Numbered from the stretch's first letter, positions 48,443-58,185 are shown. The stretch is 64,000 nucleotides of DNA from Patescibacteria group bacterium (GCA_038064435.1 JBBTTC010000004.1:3615-67614); one strand, 5' to 3'. Made by a program: numbers and translations. The notes: generated by a model not told the origin, from the letters alone.

Positions 48443-48928
48443 TTAATCCACACCCCGCTCATCTTCCGATCCCAAATAGAGGAAATCGGGTTTGCTATAG
48501 CCGTGGATCTCGTCCGCGGTAAAGAAGCGGCGGATCTCGACGACGGCCGTTTCTACCGAGTCCGAGGCATGAACAATATTGGTCTGACCACTCAAAGAAA
48601 AATCGCCACGGATACTACCGGCGTCAGCCTCATAACCCTTGGTTGGTCCGACGATCAGTCGCACGGCCTGCACCGCCTTAATACCCGAAACCACGATTAG
48701 CGCCACCGGCGCCGATTGCATAAATCGCTTCAGCGAACCAAAAAAGGCCTTGTCTTTGTGATGAGCATAGTGATCGTCAAGCGTCACATCGCCCAACCGA
48801 GCCATCTTGAGAGCAATGATTTTTAACCCTTTCTGTTCTAAGCGAGAAATGATCGCCCCGAGCAAGCTGCGCTGAATAGCATCTGGCTTAACAATAATTA
48901 AACTTTGTTCTTCCAAATTTTTAGCCAT
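48443..48928 (-). CDS. ndk: Nucleoside diphosphate kinase
   Basis: IVKPDA, GSIRGDF, NIVHASDS. Confidence 0.96.
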   Translation of the reverse strand: MAKNLEEQSLIIVKPDAIQRSLLGAIISRLEQKGLKIIALKMARLGDVTLDDHYAHHKDKAFFGSLKRFMQSAPVALIVVSGIKAVQAVRLIVGPTKGYEADAGSIRGDFSLSGQTNIVHASDSVETAVVEIRRFFTADEIHGYSKPDFLYLGSEDERGVD

Positions 48929-48937
48929 AAAAATATT

Positions 48938-49693
48938 CTAGACTGTTAAAATTTCGCTACCGCGCTCCGTCACTACCGCCGTGTGTTCAAAGTGGGCACT
49001 GCGACTGCCATCGCGAGTGAGATAGGTAAAGCCGTCGGACGACAGCCTAACCGTGCCACCGCCCAAGGTCAACATTGGCTCAATGGCCAAAACCTCACTA
49101 GCGACCACCCGCTCGCCCTCACCCGCCTGACCTATGTTGGGCACGAGCGGTTCTTCGTGCACTTCGCGCCCGACCCCGTGGCCACCCAAGGCCGTCACCA
49201 ATCCCAATTTCTCCACGCGCGCCACGGCCGCTACGGCCGCACCCACATCGCCCAAACGTCCGCCAGCGCGCAAAGCGCCAATACCAGCCAACAAAGCTCG
49301 ACGGGTGATCTCAATGAGCCGTGCGGATTCCTGATCAACTTGCCCCACCGGCACAGTAATGGCCATATCGGTAAACAAACCCTGGTGGCGCAAGCCCAAA
49401 TCTAAACTAACAATATCGCCTTCTACAATTACGCGCCCACCGGGCAATCCATGCACCACTTCATCGTTGACCGATACACACAGGGCAGCAGGAAAGGGCT
49501 GGCGGGCGCCGGCCGGTTGGTAGTTCAAAAAAGCCGGCTCATCACCGCCGGCGGTGATCAAATTACGGGCTAGCGAATCAAGCTCGAGCGTGGTGACTCC
49601 GGGCCTAACGGCCGTGGCCACTTGACGTAAAATAGCAGCTAAACGCGCGCCCCCGGCGCGCAAAATTTTAACCTCGGCCACGCTCGCCCTCAT
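48938..49693 (-). CDS. map: Methionine aminopeptidase
   Basis: SVNDEVVHG, DLG...DMA, GHGVG..HEEP, IEPM, HFEHT. Confidence 0.96.
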   Translation of the reverse strand: MRASVAEVKILRAGGARLAAILRQVATAVRPGVTTLELDSLARNLITAGGDEPAFLNYQPAGARQPFPAALCVSVNDEVVHGLPGGRVIVEGDIVSLDLGLRHQGLFTDMAITVPVGQVDQESARLIEITRRALLAGIGALRAGGRLGDVGAAVAAVARVEKLGLVTALGGHGVGREVHEEPLVPNIGQAGEGERVVASEVLAIEPMLTLGGGTVRLSSDGFTYLTRDGSRSAHFEHTAVVTERGSEILTV

Positions 49694-50268
49694 ACCAACC
49701 GAGCAATCTCCGTGGCAATGGCCGCCACTGATTGATCACCAGCAATAGCAGTAAAGCGATAGCGCGGCTGGGAATGATAATAATCAAGTACCGGCACCAC
49801 GTCACGGTCAAACCAATCTAAACGCTTTTCATTGCCGGTGGTGTCACGATCATCAATCCGACCGCGTCCAGCCAAACGTTCAAGCGATACCGCCCGATTA
49901 ACTTCCAGAAAAACTATTTCTCGTTTATTAATACCGTACAAATCAAGGGCCGTATCGAGCGCCTCGGCTTCAATTAACGAACGGGCGGCGCCGTCAAAAA
50001 CCAAGTGTTGGTCGCCACGAAAATTATTAACCAACAAATTACTCCACGCCCAAACGGCCAAAAAACTGGCACTGCGTTCGCCTCGCTCCATGGCGGCCTT
50101 GGCTAGTCGAGCAGTATGATTAGTTTGGTTGACTAGTTCACGCAGAGAATTCCCCGGCTCGATGTATAAAACATTATCTTGACCCAAATGCTCAATTAAC
50201 AACTTGGCTTGAGTGCCCTTGCCAGCGGCCGAGCGACCCATAAAAATAAAGGCGACTGGTTCAGGCAC
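49690..50268 (-). CDS. adk: Adenylate kinase (short, LID-less form)
   Basis: GRSAAGKGTQA, FDGAAR, R.DD; lies between secY and map; start uncertain. Confidence 0.88.
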   Translation of the reverse strand: MPEPVAFIFMGRSAAGKGTQAKLLIEHLGQDNVLYIEPGNSLRELVNQTNHTARLAKAAMERGERSASFLAVWAWSNLLVNNFRGDQHLVFDGAARSLIEAEALDTALDLYGINKREIVFLEVNRAVSLERLAGRGRIDDRDTTGNEKRLDWFDRDVVPVLDYYHSQPRYRFTAIAGDQSVAAIATEIARLV

Positions 50269-50455
50269 GGAAAAAGATGACCACCGCCACCGCAAAAATG
50301 ATCAAGGCAAAAACCATCAAATAACGATTGGCGGCGCGATTATCAGCAATCCGGCCGCCAGATAAACGCACCAACCATCCGGCCAACCCGCCACCAGACG
50401 ACCGGCCGCGGCCACCGTAATATTCTTCATCGGGATTCAAAATAACCTGATTCAT
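50261..50455 (-). CDS. Small C-terminally anchored membrane protein
   Basis: 64 aa between secY and adk; TAAACT lies 7 nt before the ATG. Confidence 0.65.
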   Translation of the reverse strand: MNQVILNPDEEYYGGRGRSSGGGLAGWLVRLSGGRIADNRAANRYLMVFALIIFAVAVVIFFRA

Positions 50456-50472
50456 AGACTTAAGTTTAACAC

Positions 50473-51744
50473 CTAGTACTGGCGCATGGCAATTTGCGCG
50501 TCAATCTGTTTAGACAGCTCCAAAGCCACGGACACCACGATCAAGAGAGCTGTGCCGCCAATCGCCAATGAACCCAGATTGGTAATCGCTCGAATAACAA
50601 GCGGTAACATAGCCACCACGCCGAGAAACAGGGCGCCCACCAAGGTCAAACGATTAACGATCCGATTGAGATACTCGGTAGTCGGCCGGCCCGGACGAAT
50701 ACCGGGTATAAACGCGCCGTTTTTTTGTAAATTTTCCGAAATCGATTGCGGATCAAAGGTGATGGCCGAATAAAAGTAAGTAAAAATTACCACTAAAATA
50801 AAATATAAACCGCCGTAAATCCATTCGTTGTTCAAGCCCCTCAACAAGCCGTCAGACAGAGATTGCACAATATTGTTATCAATACCGGACAACAATCGAA
50901 TAATCAATTGCGGGAAAAGCAAAAGCGACAAAGCAAAGATAATGGGCATTACGCCAGCCTGATTGAGACGAATAGGTAAATAGGTCGACGTGCCGCCATA
51001 AAGCTTCATGCCGCGCATACGTTTAGCATAAGTGACGGGGATCGGGCGCTCGGCCTCGGTCACAATCACCACTAGTGCCACCATCGCTATGGCCACCACC
51101 GCCAAAACTAGATAGGTCGGGACTTGGGCAGGATCAAAGGTGGCAATCGTCTGGCTAACAACGCTAGGAATTCCGGCCAAAATACCGGCAAAAATAAGTA
51201 ATGACACGCCATTACCAATACCGTACTGGCTAATTAGCTCACCCAACCACATGAGCAAAACCGAACCAGCGGCGACCACCAAAACATTTTCCAGCCGATC
51301 AGAAAAACTAAGTGGAAAAAGAACATTCTGACTTTCTAGCAATGCCAACAAACCATAACCCTGCAAAACGGCTAGCGGCACGCTCAAAAAGCGAGCGTAT
51401 TGTGTTAGTTTGCGTCGGCCCGCCTCACCAGCATTTTGATAAATTTCTTTCAACGCCGGAAAGGCCACCGTGAGAAGTTGCATGGCGATCGACGCCGTGA
51501 TGTACGGCCCCACTCCCAACATGACGATAGATAAGTTTGACAGGCCACCGCCGGAAAACAGGTTGAGCAAACCCAAAAATTGATCGCCACTAAAAATCTT
51601 TCCCAGCACCTCGGTATTAACACCGGGAATGGGCACCGAAGCGGCCAAACGAAAAACAACTAACGCTCCGAGCACAAAACTAATCTTTCGCCGCAGAACG
51701 GAATCCTGAAGAATTATTCTGATTTTTGACCACCAGGCTGTCAT
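50473..51744 (-). CDS. secY: Preprotein translocase SecY
   Basis: LGVGPYITASI, GIGNGVSL, AGVMPIIFA, FIPGIRPG. Confidence 0.98.
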   Translation of the reverse strand: MTAWWSKIRIILQDSVLRRKISFVLGALVVFRLAASVPIPGVNTEVLGKIFSGDQFLGLLNLFSGGGLSNLSIVMLGVGPYITASIAMQLLTVAFPALKEIYQNAGEAGRRKLTQYARFLSVPLAVLQGYGLLALLESQNVLFPLSFSDRLENVLVVAAGSVLLMWLGELISQYGIGNGVSLLIFAGILAGIPSVVSQTIATFDPAQVPTYLVLAVVAIAMVALVVIVTEAERPIPVTYAKRMRGMKLYGGTSTYLPIRLNQAGVMPIIFALSLLLFPQLIIRLLSGIDNNIVQSLSDGLLRGLNNEWIYGGLYFILVVIFTYFYSAITFDPQSISENLQKNGAFIPGIRPGRPTTEYLNRIVNRLTLVGALFLGVVAMLPLVIRAITNLGSLAIGGTALLIVVSVALELSKQIDAQIAMRQY

Positions 51745-52163
51745 TTAATTTGGCCGCCGGCCGCCTCAATGGCCGACCGAGCGCTAACCGACAGTTGGCA
51801 ACCGCTAACCACAAACTTTTTGCTCACGCGACCCGAGCCCAAAATCTTAACTCGAGCCGGGCCGCGACTAATTAAACCCTTAGCAACTAGGGTGACGGGA
51901 GAAATCTCGGCCCCCGCGTCAAATTGCCTTTCCAGATCATAGAGATTAACCACGGCCGCGGCCAACGTCACGAGTGGCGCGCTGTGACCACGTCGCTTGG
52001 GTAATTTTTTAATAATGTCACGTAGCTCGGGCCGAATGCGGTGGCCAGAACGGGCCTTTTGCCCCTTGGTGCCGCGGCCCGAAGTGGTACCGCGCTTGCC
52101 GCCACGGCCGATAATTTTACGGGACTTGTTGGGGCTCTGCTTTTTTAGTTGGTGTAATTGCAT
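51741..52163 (-). CDS. rplO: 50S ribosomal protein L15
   Basis: GRGG..G.TSGRG.KGQKAR. Confidence 0.95.
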   Translation of the reverse strand: MQLHQLKKQSPNKSRKIIGRGGKRGTTSGRGTKGQKARSGHRIRPELRDIIKKLPKRRGHSAPLVTLAAAVVNLYDLERQFDAGAEISPVTLVAKGLISRGPARVKILGSGRVSKKFVVSGCQLSVSARSAIEAAGGQIK

Positions 52164-52606
52164 ATTAATTCCAGGGCGCGCATGGTGGCCCGAGCGTTAT
52201 TTAGTTTATTTTTGCTTTTGGAAAAAAACTTGGCTGAAGCATCGCGCACACCGGCTAGATCAAGAACGATGCGAGCTGAACTACCAGCCACCAAACCGCG
52301 ACCGGGCGCGGGCGCCAAGCGTACACGAGAACTGGCAAACTTGGCCTCGACGTCATAAGGCAAGGACGACCGTTCGGTGAGTTTGAGGCGGAGCATATTT
52401 TTGCGGGCCGACTTAAGCGCCTTGTCCATCGCCAAAGAAATGTCGGCGGCCTTACCCACACCCACCCCCACGCCACCGCGCCGGTCGCCAGCCGCTAGGG
52501 CAACCGAGAAGCTAAACCGCCGCCCACCCTTCACCACCCGTGTGACGCGGCGGATACTCAAAGTCTTTTGCTCCAGATCGCTAGCTTGATTGCTCTTTTC
52601 TCGCAT
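52145..52606 (-). CDS. rpsE: 30S ribosomal protein S5
   Basis: RVTRVVKGGRRFSF. Confidence 0.97.
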   Translation of the reverse strand: MREKSNQASDLEQKTLSIRRVTRVVKGGRRFSFSVALAAGDRRGGVGVGVGKAADISLAMDKALKSARKNMLRLKLTERSSLPYDVEAKFASSRVRLAPAPGRGLVAGSSARIVLDLAGVRDASAKFFSKSKNKLNNARATMRALELICNYTN

Positions 52607-52609
52607 AAT

Positions 52610-52960
52610 TTAAAAATTAAGACCGCCGCCGCGGGCACCATCGGCCAAAGATTTAACCCGACCAGCATAGAGGTAGCCGGCGCGGTCAAAAGCGACCTGT
52701 TTGATCTTTAATTTGCCAGCGCGCTCGGCCAAAACAGCACCGACCTTGGCCGCCAACTCCAGTGGCTTACCACCCTTCAATTCCTGATCGCTGGCCGCCG
52801 CCACCGTGCGACCCACATCATCGTTAATGAGTTGAGCATAAATATGTCGCGAAGAACGAAAAACGGCGAGACGCGGCCGCTCGGCCGTGCCCTTAACCTT
52901 GGCGCGCACCCGTTGATGTCGCCGCCGACGCTGATCAATTTGTTGATTAATTCTAGACAT
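52610..52960 (-). CDS. rplR: 50S ribosomal protein L18
   Basis: [20 protein letters not shown]. Confidence 0.97.
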   Translation of the reverse strand: MSRINQQIDQRRRRHQRVRAKVKGTAERPRLAVFRSSRHIYAQLINDDVGRTVAAASDQELKGGKPLELAAKVGAVLAERAGKLKIKQVAFDRAGYLYAGRVKSLADGARGGGLNF

Positions 52961-52963
52961 ATT

Positions 52964-53503
52964 TTAAGCCACCACCTTCTTGCCCTGTTTGCGCTTAATT
53001 ATCTCCGTATCATAACGGATCCCCTTACCTTTGTAGGGTTCTGGCTTTTTGAGGTCACGTAACTCGGCGGCAAAACGTCCAACCAATTCTTTATCGACCC
53101 CACTTAAGCCAATGGTGTTTTTATCAACCACCGCCCTAATGCCAGTCGGCACCCCAACCGTTACTTGGTGAGAAAAACCAAGATTAAAGACCAAGTTCTC
53201 GCCCGTTAGATTAACTTTATAGCCCACGCCTTCGAGCAACAGCTTTTTCTCAAAACCAGTGTTGACGCCACGCACCATGTTTTTAATGTGCGCCGTGGTG
53301 GTGCCCCAGCGCGCGCCACTCGCCGCCGGTCGGGCCGGCGTAACTCGCACCGTGCCGCCATCGTCGGCCACCGTCACCACCATATCCGCATCAAATCGGC
53401 GCGACAGTTCCCCCTTCGGCCCCTTAATGTTAACAGCACCGTCTGACTGCTTGACCGTCACACCACTGGGAACAACGATTGTTTGTTTGCCAATTCTTGA
53501 CAT
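52964..53503 (-). CDS. rplF: 50S ribosomal protein L6
   Basis: MSRIGK, PEPYKGKGIRY. Confidence 0.97.
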   Translation of the reverse strand: MSRIGKQTIVVPSGVTVKQSDGAVNIKGPKGELSRRFDADMVVTVADDGGTVRVTPARPAASGARWGTTTAHIKNMVRGVNTGFEKKLLLEGVGYKVNLTGENLVFNLGFSHQVTVGVPTGIRAVVDKNTIGLSGVDKELVGRFAAELRDLKKPEPYKGKGIRYDTEIIKRKQGKKVVA

Positions 53504-53505
53504 GA

Positions 53506-53898
53506 TTACCAAATTTTAAATAACGCCTCACCACCCACACCGCTCCGCCGCGCCTCATCACCCGTCATTACGCCACGCGGCGTAGACATCACCACCAAAC
53601 CAAGACCGTGTTTGACGGGCCGTAAATCGCGAGCGTGCCAATAGACGCGGCGCGAGGGCTTGGACACACGCTCCAAACCATTGATCTTGCGGCCCTCGCC
53701 GCGCGGTGGCAATTGAATGTCAATTAACTTCCGCGCCCGGCGACCCTTTTTCACCGCCACCTGCAAATAACCAGCTCCCATCAACACCTTAGAAATTTCC
53801 ATCTTGAGCGTAGAATAAGGCACCTCGAGGCCGGCCCGGCCGGCCATAACCGAGTTTTTAAGGCGAGTAACGAAATCAGAGATCGGATCGCTAGTCAT
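53506..53898 (-). CDS. rpsH: 30S ribosomal protein S8
   Basis: DPISDFVTRLKN, VSKPSRRVY, STPRGVM. Confidence 0.97.
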   Translation of the reverse strand: MTSDPISDFVTRLKNSVMAGRAGLEVPYSTLKMEISKVLMGAGYLQVAVKKGRRARKLIDIQLPPRGEGRKINGLERVSKPSRRVYWHARDLRPVKHGLGLVVMSTPRGVMTGDEARRSGVGGEALFKIW

Positions 53899-53914
53899 GA
53901 CCAGAAAAATTTAT

Positions 53915-54100
53915 TTACCACGAAGACTTTTTAACGCCCGGCAATTGACCGTCATTGGCCAATTCACGGAAACAAATACGACAGAGTGCAAAATCACGCA
54001 TAAAAGAACGCTTGCGACCGCAACGGAAACAGCGCCGCACCAAGCGGCTCGAAAACTTGGGCGGCTTGGCCGCCCGGGCAATGACCGAAGTCTTAGCCAT
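53915..54100 (-). CDS. rpsN: 30S ribosomal protein S14 (zinc-binding type)
   Basis: RCFRCGR...LCRICFRE. Confidence 0.97.
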   Translation of the reverse strand: MAKTSVIARAAKPPKFSSRLVRRCFRCGRKRSFMRDFALCRICFRELANDGQLPGVKKSSW

Positions 54101-54108
54101 AAGCCGCT

Positions 54109-54137
54109 ATGCTAGCAGGGTCACGGCCCGAAGTCAA
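54109..54137 (-). promoter_or_regulatory. Promoter re-starting the spc operon at rpsN
   Basis: TTGACT-N17-TAGCAT, 8 nt before the rpsN ATG. Confidence 0.65.
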
Positions 54138-54171
54138 TACATTTTGGGCTTTTGTGTTAAAATGTGTCTTG

Positions 54172-54657
54172 ATGGGTAAGTTTAATTTCAAGGACGAGAA
54201 AGACCTTGCGACTGTTAAAGAAAAATCTGAAGCTTTCTATGGAAGTATTAAAAAAGTGCACTGCCCATATTTTGGAGAAAATGTTGTGTTCAATGCCAAA
54301 GGAATAAGACACTTAAAATTCAAGTCGGACGAACGAGCCCGCACCCGAGAAGATCAATATTCGCGGCTCAAGCTTATCCATTTAGCGCCGGAAGTGTTGA
54401 AGCTGTCCCGGACAGTACAAGGTATCTGGCATACGAAACGTTTTGAAATACAAAAAACCCACAGTCGGTGGGAAAAAATTCTTAAGAATGTTTCGTTTTA
54501 TGAATTTCTGGCGGTGCTGGATAGTGTTCGTATAAAAGTTATCGTCAAAGAGGTGGTCGGTGGAGAGAAACATTTTTGGAGCGTCATACCGTTTTGGGGT
54601 ATTGATAAAATTAACGGTAAAAGAATACTGCACGGAAACAAAACTGATCTGGAATAG
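54172..54657 (+). CDS. Hypothetical protein, possibly a BECR/RelE-like nuclease
   Basis: Low-GC basic ORF; VFNAKGIRHL, IKVIVKE...KHFWSVIP. Confidence 0.6.
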   Translation: MGKFNFKDEKDLATVKEKSEAFYGSIKKVHCPYFGENVVFNAKGIRHLKFKSDERARTREDQYSRLKLIHLAPEVLKLSRTVQGIWHTKRFEIQKTHSRWEKILKNVSFYEFLAVLDSVRIKVIVKEVVGGEKHFWSVIPFWGIDKINGKRILHGNKTDLE

Positions 54658-54659
54658 AC

Positions 54660-54696
54660 ACTAAAAAATACCGCTCGTTGTGCGGCATTCTTTAGT
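54660..54696. terminator. Bidirectional terminator
   Basis: ACTAAAAAATACCGC...GCGGCATTCTTTAGT. Confidence 0.7.
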
Positions 54697-54750
54697 GGTG
54701 CCTGGCTACAGCTTGGAATAGCCGTGACAGGGCAGGGCCCTCCAAGCACC
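54697..54750 (-). ncRNA. Candidate small structured RNA
   Basis: Promoter TTGAAG-N17-TAGAAT (54757-54785); folded 54-nt core; terminator follows. Confidence 0.5.
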
Positions 54751-54794
54751 GCTCCTATTCTAGCAAATCACAAATAAATCTTCAACAGACAAAC

Positions 54795-56267
54795 CTAGAA
54801 CACTGGAGCGGGGCAGGCCGGGAGTTTTTGGCCCAACCAGGGCTCATACACGCCGGCGCCGTTGAAGAGGTCAACCAGTCGCAAATAATCCTGATAGGTC
54901 ACCGTGCCACTGCGATCAATATCGCTTTGGTAGAGAGCAACACTTCCTACGCCATTAATGGCATTAGTAAGAGCACTAATATCCTTAGCATTTACTTCCC
55001 CATTGCCATCCACGTCCCCGGGCAAATATCCAAGACACACGCTGGTCTTGGTTGGCTTATTGGCAATTGAAACGCGTTCGCCCGGCTTTAGTGACCGCGA
55101 CAAGGAAACCTTGAAACTACGATATGGATAAACCGCTCCACTGTAATTCGCTCGAGTGACCACGACTGGATCGATAGCGTTGGAACTTATCACCGAAAAA
55201 GAGTCGGCTGTGATGTTGTACAAATCTGTCGAGTAAGTTAAATCTAAGATGTCATAACTTTCACCCGTTGGAGAACTTCGATCACCTCTTGGCGCAACAA
55301 AACTAGATCCGATCTGGGTACCATCCAGTTTTGATGGCTGGCGAGCATCAACAGAGCCGTTTGCCGGAGCAGATGATATAATAATCGGTCCGGTCAAATC
55401 AGTCCCGACTGTTGGTGGATACGTGGGCACAAGAGCAACATCGGCAGTTGAATCATAAATCTTGAAGTACGAATCACTGCGATCGCAAACTTCGCTACCA
55501 GTAACTGGATCACCTAGGCAAATACTCATTCTATAAACACCGGCAGGCACCTTCGAATCTCGATAACCCGCACCAACTGTCCAAGAAAAACCGCCTCTTT
55601 GATCTGGGGCCAAACCAAGCATGAGCGTGTAGGCCGCGAACGGAACGCCACTATTCTCGTCAGTTATCAAGCTAATATTAACAATCCGGTTTGCCGGAAC
55701 ATTAAAAGCGTTCCAGATTATCCTCTCTTGACTGCCAAGAAACCATCCTTCTCCACCATTGGGCGAAACAACTTTGATCGAAACAGGATTGGGTGGAAGT
55801 AAATTGCAAAGCAGACGATTCATGGCCGTGCGGGTTTGGGGGCCGACGTAGGCGATGTTGCCGGTGGCGCGCTCGAGAATATTATTTTGATCCTGGAACT
55901 TTTCGAGAGCGCGGAGAGTGATGCGGCCAAAAAAGCCGTAAGTGGCACCTTTGGGCAACTCAAACACGCCAGCCTTTTCTAAAGCCTTTTGCATTAAACG
56001 AATCTGGCGACTACCGCCGTAGTCTTCATCACCAAAAAACAGGTCTTGAGTAATGACCGAACACCGCTCGCTGGGAGGATAACCAATGGGATCGGGGACC
56101 GGAACATACGGCTGAGACGGAGTAGTCGGCCGGCTCACCGCCTGACTATTTAACAACATTATTAACTTCTGCAATTCACCGGCGCCAATAGTTTGCGCGC
56201 CAGCATTGGCTGAACCAAAAATTAGACCCACAGCCAAAAGAGCCAGTAAAATATATTTCTTTTTCAT
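54795..56267 (-). CDS. Secreted protein with peptidoglycan-binding-like, PNGGE Ig-like and dockerin-like domains
   Basis: Signal peptide; GFFGRITLRALEKFQ...VGPQTR; SPNGGEGW; GDVDGNGEVNAKD and DIDRSGTV. Confidence 0.85.
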   Translation of the reverse strand: MKKKYILLALLAVGLIFGSANAGAQTIGAGELQKLIMLLNSQAVSRPTTPSQPYVPVPDPIGYPPSERCSVITQDLFFGDEDYGGSRQIRLMQKALEKAGVFELPKGATYGFFGRITLRALEKFQDQNNILERATGNIAYVGPQTRTAMNRLLCNLLPPNPVSIKVVSPNGGEGWFLGSQERIIWNAFNVPANRIVNISLITDENSGVPFAAYTLMLGLAPDQRGGFSWTVGAGYRDSKVPAGVYRMSICLGDPVTGSEVCDRSDSYFKIYDSTADVALVPTYPPTVGTDLTGPIIISSAPANGSVDARQPSKLDGTQIGSSFVAPRGDRSSPTGESYDILDLTYSTDLYNITADSFSVISSNAIDPVVVTRANYSGAVYPYRSFKVSLSRSLKPGERVSIANKPTKTSVCLGYLPGDVDGNGEVNAKDISALTNAINGVGSVALYQSDIDRSGTVTYQDYLRLVDLFNGAGVYEPWLGQKLPACPAPVF

Positions 56268-56281
56268 ATAACAAAATTATA

Positions 56282-56821
56282 TCACTTACCCTTCTTGAAA
56301 GGAAAGCCGATGGAGTGGAAAAAGTCGAGCGCCTCGGCTCGCGACTTGGCTGTGGTAACAATGGTGACAGCCAGCCCAAAAACGTCCTTGAGATCCTCAT
56401 CCGCCGTTTCCGGAAAAACGCTATGTTCGCGAACGCCAATAGTTAAATTTCCCACCTCATCAACACTTTTGTCGTCATAACCGCGAAAGTCCCGGGTACG
56501 CGGGATGGCAATATTAAGCAAACGATCGAGGAAATCATACATGCGCGCGCCACGCAAAGTAACCATATGGCCGATCACCTCGCCCTGCCGCACCTTAAAC
56601 GAGGCGACAGACTTCTTCGAGCCGCGGGGCGCGGCGCGCTGGCCGGTGATCTTGGTTAGCCTGTCAGCCACCAGTTCTTGACGTTTGGCCTCACGGAGCT
56701 TGCCAGTACCAGAACTAACCACCACCTTAACGAGGCGCGGCGCAGCCAGATCATTGGTCACGCCCAATTTAGTTTTAAGGGTCGGCCGAGCTTTAATAAT
56801 TTTGTCTTTGATCGGTATCAT
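56282..56821 (-). CDS. rplE: 50S ribosomal protein L5
   Basis: ITGQ, VTLRG.RMYDFL, PRTRDFRG. Confidence 0.97.
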   Translation of the reverse strand: MIPIKDKIIKARPTLKTKLGVTNDLAAPRLVKVVVSSGTGKLREAKRQELVADRLTKITGQRAAPRGSKKSVASFKVRQGEVIGHMVTLRGARMYDFLDRLLNIAIPRTRDFRGYDDKSVDEVGNLTIGVREHSVFPETADEDLKDVFGLAVTIVTTAKSRAEALDFFHSIGFPFKKGK

Positions 56822-56823
56822 AT

Positions 56824-57126
56824 TTAAATAGTCTGACCACAACGCCGACAAACGCGGGTCTTTTTGCCCGCCACTATTTTGGCGGCCAAACGCACGCCGC
56901 GCCGGCAATGACTGCAGTAGAGCATCACATTAGAGCGGTCAATTGGCCGAGCTACTTCCACCACTTCACCCTTTTGGCCGGCGCGGCGCGGCTTTTGCCG
57001 GCGCTTAACCAAACCTACGCCCTCCACCACCAAACGCGCGCCAACCACTTTGGCCACGGCGCCCTCGCGCCCGCGATCCTTACCGGCAATCACCTTAACC
57101 TTATCACCCTTTTTAATCGTCAACAT
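56824..57126 (-). CDS. rplX: 50S ribosomal protein L24
   Basis: IKKGDKVKVIAGKDRG. Confidence 0.96.
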   Translation of the reverse strand: MLTIKKGDKVKVIAGKDRGREGAVAKVVGARLVVEGVGLVKRRQKPRRAGQKGEVVEVARPIDRSNVMLYCSHCRRGVRLAAKIVAGKKTRVCRRCGQTI

Positions 57127-57129
57127 AAT

Positions 57130-57501
57130 TTAAACAATTTCTGGCGCTAGCGAAGCAATTTTTTGATAACCCAGTTCGGCGATCTCGCGCGGAATTGGTC
57201 CAAAAACCCGTCCACCACGAGGCTCGGGCTTGTCTTTTTCCAAAATCACCACCGAGTTATCGTCAAAACGGATGTACGAGCCATCAGGCCGCCGAAAATT
57301 ATTTCTCTGCCGTACCACCAAAGCCCGCACCACTTCTTTTTTCTTAACCGCCTTCTTAGGTTCAGCTGTTTGCACCGACATAATCACCACGTCACCAATT
57401 TGGGCATACCGGCGGCGCGTCCCACCGAGCACTTTAAAAATGCGTCCTAGTTTGGCGCCAGTATTGTCGGCCACTCTAACTATGGTGCGAGGTTGAATCA
57501 T
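57130..57501 (-). CDS. rplN: 50S ribosomal protein L14
   Basis: MIQ...VADNTGAK, RVFGPI. Confidence 0.97.
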   Translation of the reverse strand: MIQPRTIVRVADNTGAKLGRIFKVLGGTRRRYAQIGDVVIMSVQTAEPKKAVKKKEVVRALVVRQRNNFRRPDGSYIRFDDNSVVILEKDKPEPRGGRVFGPIPREIAELGYQKIASLAPEIV

Positions 57502-57758
57502 GATGAAATTTTACTGACCACCACAAAATGCTTATGGCGGGAAAGCGGGCGAACCTCGCGGATTACCACTCTGTCACCCACCTTATACTCATTTTTCTCG
57601 TCATGCGCCTGATAACGCTTAGAGCGCTTCAGAAACTTGCCGTATTTGGGATGTTTAACAAAACGATTAACCCGCACAACTACGGTTTTGTCGGGCTTGT
57701 CCGACACGACCTCACCACGCCAACTGCGTCCACTATTATGTGTAAGTTTATGAGTCAT
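57498..57758 (-). CDS. rpsQ: 30S ribosomal protein S17
   Basis: G.VVSDK.DKT, HPKYGK, AHDE. Confidence 0.97.
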   Translation of the reverse strand: MTHKLTHNSGRSWRGEVVSDKPDKTVVVRVNRFVKHPKYGKFLKRSKRYQAHDEKNEYKVGDRVVIREVRPLSRHKHFVVVSKISS

Positions 57759-57763
57759 ATCAT

Positions 57764-58183
57764 TTAGTGGCGGCTAATCACTTTGGTTTTAAGGGGTAAT
57801 TTGGTACCAGCTTTACGTAGAGTCTCACGGGCCACAGCGTCCTCCAAGCCATCAACCTCAAACAACACCCGACCCGGCCAAACCTCAAACTCATAGCCCT
57901 GCGGGTCGCCCTTGCCCTTACCCATGCCCACCTCGGCAGCTTTAGCCGTGTAGGGCTTATCAGGAAAAATGCGGATCCACAGTTTACCGCCCTTCTTCAT
58001 TTGCCGCACAATGGCCTTGCGCGATGATTCAATTTGATTCGAGCGGATCCGGCCAGCGCTCTGAGCCTTCAGACCGTGCGAACCAAAAGATAAGCTCAAA
58101 CCGCGCGTCTCTAGTCGCGGCTTGTTGGGATTGCGGCGCATCGTGTGCCACTTGCGATATTTAACTTTTTTAGGAAAAAGCAT
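57764..58183 (-). CDS. rplP: 50S ribosomal protein L16
   Basis: PKKVKYRK, WIRIFPD, MGKGKG. Confidence 0.97.
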   Translation of the reverse strand: MLFPKKVKYRKWHTMRRNPNKPRLETRGLSLSFGSHGLKAQSAGRIRSNQIESSRKAIVRQMKKGGKLWIRIFPDKPYTAKAAEVGMGKGKGDPQGYEFEVWPGRVLFEVDGLEDAVARETLRKAGTKLPLKTKVISRH

Positions 58184-58185
58184 GG

